From Blepharisma stoltei ATCC 30299 (Eukaryota > Protista > Ciliophora), in the NCBI GenBank assembly GCA_965603825.1, contig CBFDEM010000040.1, forward strand, positions 186,001-250,000: a stretch of 64,000 nt of DNA, written 5' to 3'. Below the pieces are notes generated by a model. That model worked only from the letters and a program-made list of their open reading frames with translations. It ran no database searches and was not told where the DNA came from. Made by a program: the position numbers and the translations under genes. Positions 10,941 through 20,804 of this stretch are shown piece after piece (the first letter of the stretch is position 1; each line of letters begins with the position of its first letter).

Positions 10941-11381
10941 ATGGTTAGCATATCAGAGGAAGAAAAAAACGTGTTTGATATCCTTGACAAAGAACGTGTT
11001 GGCGCAATAGATATCAAAGATCTCGGCAGAGGACTTCGCGCACTCGGTCTCAACCCAACCGAAGAAGAAGTCCAAGGCTTCATTAAAGAAGCCCAGCAAG
11101 CTCCAGTCGGCAAGCTCCAATTTCCTGAATTCCAAAGGCTCTCAGTCAAGTGCCGCAAATTAAGCATAACGAACCAAGAAGACGTTAGAAAGTTTTTCGA
11201 GAGTCTTGATACAAACCATGAAGGCTTTGTAAATGCAAATGATGTAAAAACAGCCTTGTTAGGCTCTGGAGAACCTTTAGAAGAAGCTGAGATTGACGCT
11301 GTCATAAAAGATTTTGATAAAGGGACTGGAAGAATTAACGTAAGAGAGCTGGTAGAAGGGCTATTCAAAGTAAGTCATTAA
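10941..11381 (+). CDS. Calmodulin/myosin light chain-like EF-hand protein
   Basis: FDILDKERVGAI..LRALGLNPTEEEV, LDTNHEGFV, EPLEEAEIDAVIKDFDKGTGRIN. Confidence 0.88.
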   Translation: MVSISEEEKNVFDILDKERVGAIDIKDLGRGLRALGLNPTEEEVQGFIKEAQQAPVGKLQFPEFQRLSVKCRKLSITNQEDVRKFFESLDTNHEGFVNANDVKTALLGSGEPLEEAEIDAVIKDFDKGTGRINVRELVEGLFKVSH

Positions 11382-11394
11382 TTCTTATTAATAA

Positions 11395-13080
11395 ATGTCC
11401 GCTGCTCGTGCTAGTCTGGAAGAAACTAAGAAAAGAAGGGAAGAACTGCAGAAAAAGATTGCAGCGACTAAACAGGCTGCTGAAAGACCTGTGGAAAGAA
11501 AACCTGCAGCTTCAATGAGGCCGCCACGAAGCCAAATGCCGAGCTCTCAGGTAAGCTTTACGGAAATTATGAAAGAAATTGAAAAGATTCCGGAAAATAA
11601 ACCTGTTGTACAGTCGCTGTCGCCTGAAAGAGATAAAAATAGCAGCAAGCCTGTTTTAGCTCATGCAAAATTATATGAATTAGCTATCAGTGGAAGACCT
11701 AAACCTGAAAAAGTTCAAGCTGAAGTGCAAGTTGACATCCCAAAGGAACAAAAAGTCCCCGAGCCTCAACTAAATACTGTTGAAGATAACAACAAAGATG
11801 AATACGATGAAGATTCTGATGTAGAAATGGACGAAAAAAGTCCTGAAAAATCTTCAGAATATGACCCTGAGGTGGTAAATAGAATTATCGAATCAGTTGA
11901 TTTCAACGAATTCTTTAAAAAATCAACAAGGCTTGTAGAAAGAAGCTTAGGAAAAGAAAAGATAGAAAATGAATGAAAGACAGAATCAAACGGAAATATC
12001 AAATCCTTACTAACTCTCTATGATCCAAAACTCTGTGATGAAAAAAGCGTTACCTCTTTACAATGGTCACCTTTATATAAAGAGTTACTATTAGCATCAT
12101 ACATAAGAACCACCCAGACAGTGTCTCAGGTCCCTAGAGGCTTAGTGTGCATTTGGTCACTATCTTTAAATACCCGGCCAGAATTTATACTAAATTGCCA
12201 ATCTTCTGTTACTGCAGCCAGCTTCAACCGCTTCGATCACAACTTGGTAATTGGGGGCACTTATTCCGGCCAAATCGTAGTTTGGGATTTAAGGGCCAAA
12301 TCTCAGCCAATCCAACGCACTCCTCCTATGGCAGAAAGTCATAGTCACCCTGTCTATTCTTTATCAATAATTGGCTCTCAACATGCAAATAATATTGTAT
12401 CTGCCTCAAATGACGGGAAAGTTTGTGTATGGTCTCTTAACATGTTTCATACCCCTACCTCTTCGTTTGAAATGAAATCCCGTGTTAAAGATGTAGGCTG
12501 CACAACTATGGCTTTTCCTGCCAATGAAACTAATGTATTTTATGTCGGCGCTGAAGATGGGAGCATTTTCCAAACACAGCTGCATGGTAGCAAGCTTGTG
12601 GATTCTGGTACTGAGACTTATGAAGGACATTTTGGACCTATAACAGGGCTTGATATACACCCGATAGGAGAAAATGTATTTACAGATATTGCTGGGAATT
12701 TATTACTGTCAAGCTCAGTAGATTGGACAGTGAAGTTGTGGAATTTGAAGGCAGGAAAACAGCCAATTTTTTCATTTGATGCTTATGATGATTATGTGTT
12801 CGATGTGAAATGGAATCCACATCATCCTTCAATGTTTGCGGTAATTGATGGGAGTGGGTATTTAGATTTTTGGAACTTGAATAAAGATACAGAAATGCCT
12901 GATATCAGACTTAAGACTGGAAACAGTGTGCTGAATCATTTAGCCTGGGCCTCTGAAAGCACTCAGTTGGCAACTGGAAACTGCGATGGACAGCTTGTCC
13001 TGTATAAGCTTAGTAAAGAATATGCACACGGAACTGCTGAAGATTGGGACAAAATGGAAGCAATGTTTGCTGTTGACTAG
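11395..13080 (+). CDS. Cytoplasmic dynein 1 intermediate chain (WD40)
   Basis: N-terminal coiled coil; joined over TGA 11974; motifs QWSPLYKELLLASY, GGTYSGQIVVWD, HSHPVY, GHFGPITG, SSSVDWTVKLW, WNPHHPSMFA. Confidence 0.9.
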
Positions 13081-13327
13081 ATAAATAATTGAATTTATGA
13101 TAAACTAGCTTATTTTATTATTTTATTTTAATATTAATTATCAAAATCACTCAACTTTTCAGAAATAATAAATGGCAACTTTTTCATAGAAAATAATGAA
13201 AATAATATTCTGGATATCTAATAAGTATCTGCTATATATCTCTTTAGAATTCAATTTAAAAATATAATTTCTTCTTGAAATCCTCTCTATTTTCATCTAA
13301 TAAAATATCATTTAAAATAATTTAACA

Positions 13328-14011
13328 ATGGATGATTTTCTGAAAGACCTAGATAGCGCACAACGAAAAAAAAATCTCCTACAGCAATTTCTAGTTGAGA
13401 GAGAGTCCCAACAAAAATCCGGGCAAAGTGTAGGACTTCTCAATGAAAAAATCCGAGGCGGCTTATCAGATCTCACAGTTATTCTTGACTCTCTTCAAAA
13501 TCAAGTGATTTTATACGACAAAGATCCCTCAAAATACAAAATGGCTCCAAAAGAAATAGAAAGAAGAAAAGCTTTGGTCCAAGAACTTGAAGCTGAATTC
13601 AACATAATTCAAGACAAAAACAAAGAAGCCTACAGAGCATCGAGAAATGCCCCAGTCGTCAATATCAAAAGGGATAAGTATGGAGAAGAGACAGCAGAGA
13701 CTAAAAATCTGTCAAATCAAGACTTAAAATCAGCCAAAGCCCAGATGTTGAAAGATCAAGACGTGGTGGTTGACCAATTGATTGGGGTTAGCGATAATTT
13801 GCTTGTAGCTGCACAAGGAATTGGAGATGAGGTGGATTTACATAATGCACTGCTGGATAGTGTGGATAAGAATGTTGATCATACCCAAGCGAAAATGGAT
13901 AGGACGCAATTTAGGATGAAAGAGTTAATAATGAAGTCATCTGACTCCTGCTTGCTACTTATAGTGGTTATTTTAATTGTAGCAATAGTCCTGGTTTTAG
14001 TTTTATTATAG
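13328..14011 (+). CDS. Qc-SNARE (syntaxin 6/8-like)
   Basis: Helical N-terminus with EIERRK; SNARE motif QD..VDQL..IGDEVDLHNALLD; C-terminal transmembrane anchor. Confidence 0.85.
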   Translation: MDDFLKDLDSAQRKKNLLQQFLVERESQQKSGQSVGLLNEKIRGGLSDLTVILDSLQNQVILYDKDPSKYKMAPKEIERRKALVQELEAEFNIIQDKNKEAYRASRNAPVVNIKRDKYGEETAETKNLSNQDLKSAKAQMLKDQDVVVDQLIGVSDNLLVAAQGIGDEVDLHNALLDSVDKNVDHTQAKMDRTQFRMKELIMKSSDSCLLLIVVILIVAIVLVLVLL

Positions 14012-14076
14012 AATTAACTACTTTGAAAATATAAGATGTAGTTACAGGTTTAATTAATAAGCATAAACCAAATAAA

Positions 14077-15078
14077 TTATATCACTATATATTGTTGCTT
14101 TAGTTGAGACTCAAGCCATCTTTTTCTCTTTAAAAGCTTAATCAGGAGCTTTTTTCTGTCTGATCTGAGACATTCATCATATCAGATGTTTGCATACATA
14201 TAACAATTTTGTGCAGTTGGATAACCATTAATGGTGTCGTTTCTGACTTTGAATGCTTGGTTATTCCAATAGATTTTTTGGTCAAGAACTTTGATTAATT
14301 GATTAAATTCAATGATTCTTTTGTTCAAGCACTCTAGCTCAGCTCTCATTTCTTGCATATTTTCTATTTGAATATATTTTGCAATAGGCCCATCAGGATT
14401 TTGTTTTTCTTTTTTCATCAATTTTTTAATTATTTTTGCATCAATTGGGACAATTTTAAATCCGTTGAACTTGTCTTTGATTCCTATAAAAATTGGCATG
14501 CAGTCTTCATCTCTATTTCTTTTCTTTGGTGATTGGCTATATGGAAGAGATGGAGGCATAATCATTTTTTGGTTTTTAATTGCAGATTCATGCGGAGGAT
14601 TAAAAGAGCGTTTTTCATTTTGATTTTCAAAGTCTAATGATGCCAATAGGGGACTTAAATCGCTTAACATTTTGCTTCTGCTCTCTACTGTGCCATTATT
14701 GAAATTTGCAATAACTATATTATTGCAGTTAATATTGTTAATAGGAAGACTTGCATTGGAAATCTGATTAGGAGGATTTTGATAATTGAAATCATCAGAG
14801 CTGCTCATGCCGAAATTTTTAATATGATTTTCATTGAAAATTCGATTAGGGATTCCTTGAATATTGAGGTCTTTAAAAATATTAAGGGAACTGCTCATTT
14901 CAATATCTTCTTTTTTATCCTTTACTTTGCTTTCTTTATTTCCTAAAGATAAGCTGAAGAACCCTTCTTCAAGAGTACCGAATTTTCTTTTCTTCTGTGG
15001 GGTATGCATATAAGGGTTATAGACTCCATTGCTCCTACTATCGTATCCTTGGTAAACATATGATGGGTAGCTATGCAT
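14077..15078 (-). CDS. Hypothetical Asn-rich protein, 333 aa
   Basis: Long ORF; TGA 14182 read as Trp extends it 35 codons to TAA 14077-14079. Confidence 0.7.
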
Positions 15079-15294
15079 GATATTTATTTAGAGTTAAGCC
15101 CCAAAATTATTTTGATGATATTTGTATGTTAGCTTGCTACAGACCTAAGCCGTTTTGGATTTCTAGATTTCATTTTTGATTATTTTATAATTTCGTTTCA
15201 ATATAAACATTATTGATATTAATTTTATTTATTGGCTTTATTTAAAAGCTTCAACAATATTTAACGCGTGTTTAGGAGAAATCCTTAGTTAAAT

Positions 15295-15930
15295 TTAAGC
15301 TTCTAAGTTGGCTCTGGTCTCAAGATAGTGCTTCAAGGTTGGTGATGATTCCAAAAGTCTGGTAGCCCATGCTCTGAGTTTTGGTGCGTTAGTTTCAACA
15401 GCTGGAGCTCCTTTGGCAGCCTTTTCTTCACGGAGTAAGTAATCCCACACAGTTTGGAAGACTGCGAAATCAGCTAAGGAAATGGAATCTCCAACGAACC
15501 ATCCGTTTCCTCCGTTGTTTCTTTCAAGTCTTGCTTCAGCTCTTCTAAGCCATTCTGGGAGTTTTTCTGAGAAGATCTTGTTAATAGCTTCCTCGTCCTT
15601 GTTGAATTTAGCTTTGAAGTATTCAGAGATGATGTCTTCTCTAAGGTCAACAAGTGATTCGACCCAGTAGACATCAGTTGGGCTGTTTGGATAGTATCCA
15701 AACTTCTGGCATAAGTATCTGGCAATGGCTTTGCTCTGGACCATTCTAATTCCATCGATTTCAAGAACAGGCAATTGACCGAATTCAGCAACACCTGAGC
15801 TCTTAAGGGCTGGCCATTCACCGAACTCAACTCTGTGATCTGTGAATTGGGTGCCATGATAGTGAAGAATGTATCTAGCAAGTTCTCCTCTTCCATAGAG
15901 ATTGAAATAGTGGAGTGTTATATCTGCCAT
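15295..15930 (-). CDS. Glutathione S-transferase (sigma-like)
   Basis: LHYFNLYGRGELAR, FGQLPVLEIDG, QSKAIARYL, ISLADF; strongly biased codon usage suggests high expression. Confidence 0.95.
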   Translation of the reverse strand: MADITLHYFNLYGRGELARYILHYHGTQFTDHRVEFGEWPALKSSGVAEFGQLPVLEIDGIRMVQSKAIARYLCQKFGYYPNSPTDVYWVESLVDLREDIISEYFKAKFNKDEEAINKIFSEKLPEWLRRAEARLERNNGGNGWFVGDSISLADFAVFQTVWDYLLREEKAAKGAPAVETNAPKLRAWATRLLESSPTLKHYLETRANLEA

Positions 15931-16395
15931 TTCCTCGACACGTATATTTATATAAACCAATAAAAATTTGAGAAACTTCTGCTAAAGATGGTTGAAGAAA
16001 TAGAAAGGAACACAAGAATTTGGTTAACGGAAAGCTTTGCAAATTTAAGAGTTTAGATAAGGATTCTGGAATATTTAAGGACTATAAGGAATTATCTTTA
16101 GATTTACAAGAAATTATTTTTTCATTGACAAAGAGGATTTTATGGATTTATGTGTTATGGACAAGCAGCTTCTTAGGGAGATAAGTGCTGCTTTTATATT
16201 GAAATAGAATTCCAAAAAAAAAGTAAACTAAGGTAATTTATTATTGTAAAATAAAGTTGCCATTAAAGACCTGAGCTATTAAAAAATGGAAATGAATAGA
16301 AAAATCTAATCTTAAAGACCAACAACTCAGCCATTGAAATATTAAGTGTTTATTTATTTTACTTGCTTTATCGAAGGTTTTATCATACCTTGCAT

Positions 16396-17529
16396 CTAAA
16401 CTAATCGTTTATACAAAGGAGCTGTATTAACAGGCTCTTGAAATCCTACAACCACAGTAGAAAAAATCGTCCTCAGCTTCCCTTCAGTCTTTTGATATTG
16501 CTTCCTTATAATTGATCCTTTTTCCTTCTTTTTGCTATATGAGTTCAAAAGTAGCCCACATAAGACCATTACCATGAGGATGCTAGAAATTATCATCTCA
16601 ATTGTTGTGTAATGACGCGAAATAATGAAGCTTAATGTTTCTGTAAATAATGGTCTTGCGCTAGCATATAAGGCGACAACAGAAATCGCAGACCTTCTGG
16701 TAGCTCAGGCGAGGATTCCATAGTTGCATGCATAAGCTACAGAAATGGTGACGATTACCCCAAAAATATGATAGCTTTGAGAAATGTCATTTTCAAAATC
16801 AGGAGGGACAATCCACCAGAGCTCCTGCGATAAATAAGCAAAAATCATGCAAATGGTGCCTGTTCCTACTGCCCATGTTGAGACTACCAGAGGTGGATGC
16901 TTATAAATTTTTAATAATTTCCTTCATAATAATAAGCCAACTGCAAGAGCTATTGCGTGGATCATTAATGATAGAGTTCCTACAAAACTGATATATTCTT
17001 CATAGAAAAAGTCAATGCCAATAAAGGAGAGCACGCCAATTAAGGAAATAGTAACTCCGAAAATTTTCAAAGTTTTTCTGGATTCGTACTTTAAAATCAT
17101 ACCTAAAAGACCAACAACACTAGGGGTAACCAGCATTCAAGGCGCTGTGATCCCACCAGACGTATATTTTAATCCAATGCAAAAAAATAATTGTGCTGAA
17201 AATACACAAAGTATCCCAGAAAGCATTGCCAGTAAAATGTGAGTAATTTTGCCACCCATAAAGAAATTTCTCGCCTTCCTCACTGAAAAGACTCCAGTGA
17301 GGAGAATGAGAGTAGCTATCAAATCTACAACACATTCGAAGAACACCTAACTATTATTTACGAAGCTCAGGTTTAATTGTTCGAAGGCTTTCTTTTTGTA
17401 ATTGATTCATACACCAATGCAAAGCTATGGAGCGGATACCTGCATTAAAATAAAAATTGGATGAAGAACGATGCGGCGTGTTCTTAAATAACCTTTTATG
17501 GATGGTTTGATACCTGTTATTGTAATCAT
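16396..17529 (-). CDS. EamA/DMT superfamily membrane transporter
   Basis: ATG 17529; introns 17425-17439 and 17347-17361; TGA=Trp joins ORFs 17137-17346, 16924-17136 and 16396-16596; about 10 hydrophobic segments; GLKYTS..P..LKYE..G.(I)S..G pattern. Confidence 0.78.
17347..17361 (-). other. 15-nt intron GTAAATAATAGTTAG
   Basis: In-frame TAG; consensus A at position 10. Confidence 0.8.
17425..17439 (-). other. 15-nt intron GTATCCGCTCCATAG (non-consensus)
   Basis: In-frame TAG between two hydrophobic coding stretches; lacks the position-10 A. Confidence 0.55.
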
Positions 17530-17903
17530 ATTTATTCACTAACTTATTATAAAAATGAAATCAAGGACTTATTATATAATTTGGAGATATTAAATAATAG
17601 GATACCGGAAGCTAATGCCTTATTTTGTGGATAATTAGGTGGTGAAACTAGTAAAAATGATTTGATATATATAATATTTTTAAAGTGTCCCATCCATTTT
17701 TTAGAGAAACTCGAACATGAGATGAATCTCTCTTAATGAAATCTTGAGCTAAATAATAATATGATTTAAATTTTCTTATAATAATTTAAATTAAGAGTAT
17801 TATAAATGCAAAAAATATTGATGAATTTTAAGCTGTTTTAATAGCTACTTATCTTAGTATCAGGTTTGAATCCTTGTGCATTTATGATTTAATAATAAAT
17901 AAA

Positions 17904-18557
17904 ATGGACATCAAAAGTATAGCATGGTTTGCATTTTGCTTTTGTTTTGCCTTAGAAATGTTCATGCCTCGCTTGCTATCACAGCCTCCTCCTCCACCTG
18001 CAGATCCAAGCACACAGCCTCCTCCTCAAGCTGAACCTCTTCCAAATGAGCCTAAAGTTGATTACGATATCCGAATAAATAGATTCACAGATCCAATAAA
18101 TATCGAATATTGGTAACCTTTATCCAGTCAAACCTGTGGTTTTAAAGCTAGAGTTGACGAAGTTAAAAATCTCCTTTCCTTGTATTATCCTACTTTAATA
18201 ATCACAGAAACCCCAAGCTATCCTCCATTCCCATTTGGATTGCTCGCACAGTAAAACCCAATTAGAATTCTCACTCTTGTCAGGTATGCAGGAATTTTGC
18301 TATTGGTAGCAGGAGACATGGTTTTCCAGAAGCTGCAAATGCCGTATCCTGCTTGGTATCTTTATATGAGGGATAAAAAGCTTATGACGGGCTTGTTCTT
18401 GTTCTTTGGAGTTAATGCTATAAGTTCATGGTTAACGTCAACTGGAGCTTTTGAAGTCACTTATGGAAGCCAGCTGCTGTACTCTGGAATTGCCAAAGGA
18501 AGGATGCCACAAGCAGAAGAAATTTTAGCCTTAATAAAGACACTTATACAGCCTTAA
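17904..18557 (+). CDS. SELENOT: Selenoprotein T-like (Rdx family) protein, Cys homologue
   Basis: Introns 18113-18127 and 18251-18265; spliced IEYCQTCGF, YPP, hydrophobic middle region, LTSTGAFEV..LLYS..GRMP. Confidence 0.85.
18113..18127 (+). other. 15-nt intron GTAACCTTTATCCAG
   Basis: Splits the first Cys codon of CQTC; gives an in-frame TAA if retained. Confidence 0.88.
18251..18265 (+). other. 15-nt intron GTAAAACCCAATTAG
   Basis: Gives an in-frame TAA if retained; the frame continues after removal. Confidence 0.85.
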
Positions 18558-18564
18558 TAATAAA

Positions 18565-19425
18565 ATGTCTAGACTATCCTCTTTAGTTTCTCTCTACCCA
18601 GGATTTAACCCCTCAATGTAAATTTTATGCAGTTTTACCTTAGAAGGTACCAATACTTATATAATCGGGACAGGACAAAAAAAAATCCTAATAGATACAG
18701 GAGAAGGCATCCCTGCATGAATTGAGAATTTATCAAGAAATATTGCTCGAAATGAGCTGCAATGCATTCTTATAACTCATTCACATCCTGATCATATTGG
18801 AGGGATAAATGATGCATTTAATTACTTCGGAAGAGTGCCTGTCTATAAAAGAGTTATGGACAATGAAGAAGATAGAGAAATTAATGAAAAATTTCAAAAT
18901 CAAATTTATTCACTGTCTGATAATGAAATTATCAGAACTGAAGGGGTAACTCTACAAGCAGTGTTTACGCCTGGGTATTTTTTACATAGTCATAAAAACG
19001 ATCATGTTTGCTATTTTCTGCAAGAAGAAAATGCTGTGTTTACAGGAGATTTAATAATGGGGAGAGGATCTGTAACTGATATATAGACAATACTAGATGT
19101 GTATTACGACTATATGAACTCTTTATATAGAGTCCAAAATATAGCTCCAAGAATCCTATACACAGGACATGGAGAAACCAATATCTTTGCAGCTGAAAAA
19201 ATAACAGAAAACATTGAGCATAGGAATCAAAGAGAGCGGCAAGTTTTTAATGCTTTGGATTCTCAGAAGACGACTGAAGAAATTGTAGCTACTGTATATG
19301 GCCAATTGGATGAAAAGGTAAGGTCGTCAGCTATTTTTAATACGAACCAATATCTTCAGGCGTTAAAAATCAAAAATCTTGTGGAATATAGTGAAAGCGA
19401 ATTAAAGTGGAAACGTGCTGAGTAA
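18565..19425 (+). CDS. LACTB2: Metallo-beta-lactamase-fold endoribonuclease, LACTB2-like
   Basis: Introns 18618-18632, 18975-18989 and 19072-19086; motifs [53 protein letters not shown]. Confidence 0.88.
18618..18632 (+). other. 15-nt intron GTAAATTTTATGCAG
   Basis: Gives an in-frame TAA if retained; removal restores NPSIFTLEGTN. Confidence 0.88.
18975..18989 (+). other. 15-nt stop-less intron GTATTTTTTACATAG
   Basis: Removal restores the conserved TPGH motif. Confidence 0.85.
19072..19086 (+). other. 15-nt intron GTAACTGATATATAG
   Basis: In-frame TAG; joins GRGS to [13 protein letters not shown]. Confidence 0.88.
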
Positions 19426-19444
19426 TTTTAATCAATTGCATATC

Positions 19445-20776
19445 CTAAGATTTAGCTTGCTGAACCAATTCTTCTAGGCTCTCTAAAGTTAGAGATATCG
19501 GTCTTTCTATTGGTAAGAGAAGAGCGCGGTCCCATACTTGGCTTGCAGAGCAGCCGATTGCTCTTGATACTCCAAAGAGGACTGTGAAAAATTCGTATTC
19601 TCTAAGTCCATAGTGATGAAGCAAAGCTCCGCTTCCTGCATCAACATTTGGGTAAGGGTTTTTTGCTTTACCTTGCTGCTTTAGCATGTCAGGTATCACT
19701 TTATAGCACAGCTCCACAATGTTTAATAGAGGATCATTTTGAATATAGTTCTTTTTATACTCTAGCTCAATTAAAAACCTAGGATCAGGCACTCTTAATA
19801 CTGCATGTCCATAGCCAGGGACAACTTGTCCTTTTTTCATAGTCCCTTCTACGTATTTCCTAATATCATCTTCAGTCGGATTGTCCCCTACAATTTTCCA
19901 CAACTCAATAAGCCATTTCAGCACTTCTTGGTTTGCGAGTCCATGCAATGGCCCTGCCAATGCATTTAACCCTGACGAATAAGATCTGAACACATCACAC
20001 AGCCCAGATCCTACAAGATGTGTTGTATGGGCTGACACATTTCCTCCTTCATGGTCGCTATGAAGAGTCAAATAAAGCCTCAGCAGCTCAAAAAAGTTCG
20101 GGTCATCCCACCCCAGCATCCTTCCAAGATTTTCTGCAAGGTCACATGACTGTGAAGGTGCACAGATTTTTCCATCTTTGAAAGCATTTCTGTATATTAT
20201 TGCAGCTATTCTTGGGATTTTCGCAACTAAATTTAGGGCATCTTCTAAGGCTGATTTCCAATAATCTGCACGTTTACAGTCAGATTTAAAGGCTTTATCA
20301 AATTGGTTTCCTTCACATAAAGAATTCACCCCAATTGAAAGCTGAACCATAGGGTGAAGAGACTTGGGGAGGGAGTTTAACATATCTTCTATATGTTGAG
20401 GTAGAGAAGCACGTGAAGCTAACTCGCTGCGCAGTTCTTCTGCTTGGGATGGAGTTGGAATATCTCCTGTAAGCAATAATCAATAAACAGACTCAGGAAG
20501 TGGCTGATTGTGCTTCTTCGGCAGTCTTGCTTGACATTCTGGTATAGTTAGTCCTCTGAACTTAATTCCAGAATACGGATCTAGCGTAGAAGTCTCATTA
20601 ACTAGCGCTCTCATCCCTCTCATTCCTTTTACAATCTGGTCTGCTGTAATCTGATCAATTACAGTCTCCCCGTTATCTCTTCTAAGCTTCGCTACCCTTT
20701 CTCTATTAACAGTAATTTTTTCTTCGAGAATAACCCTAAGACTTTGGAACTTTCTTACTAAAAGTTTGCAAGCCAT
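19445..20776 (-). CDS. CS: Citrate synthase (mitochondrial type)
   Basis: GMRGM, PLPE.VYW(TGA 20480)LLLTGDIPT, HSDHEGGNVSAH, LAGPLHGLANQEVL, VPGYGHAVLR, PNVDA. Confidence 0.96.
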
Positions 20777-20804
20777 TCTGCCTAATATTATTAAATTATC
20801 AATT

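Noticed and set aside
11370-11394. GTAAGT near the end of the EF-hand gene as a donor fusing it to the dynein intermediate chain
   Set aside because: No AG at +15 or +16; both proteins are complete on their own.
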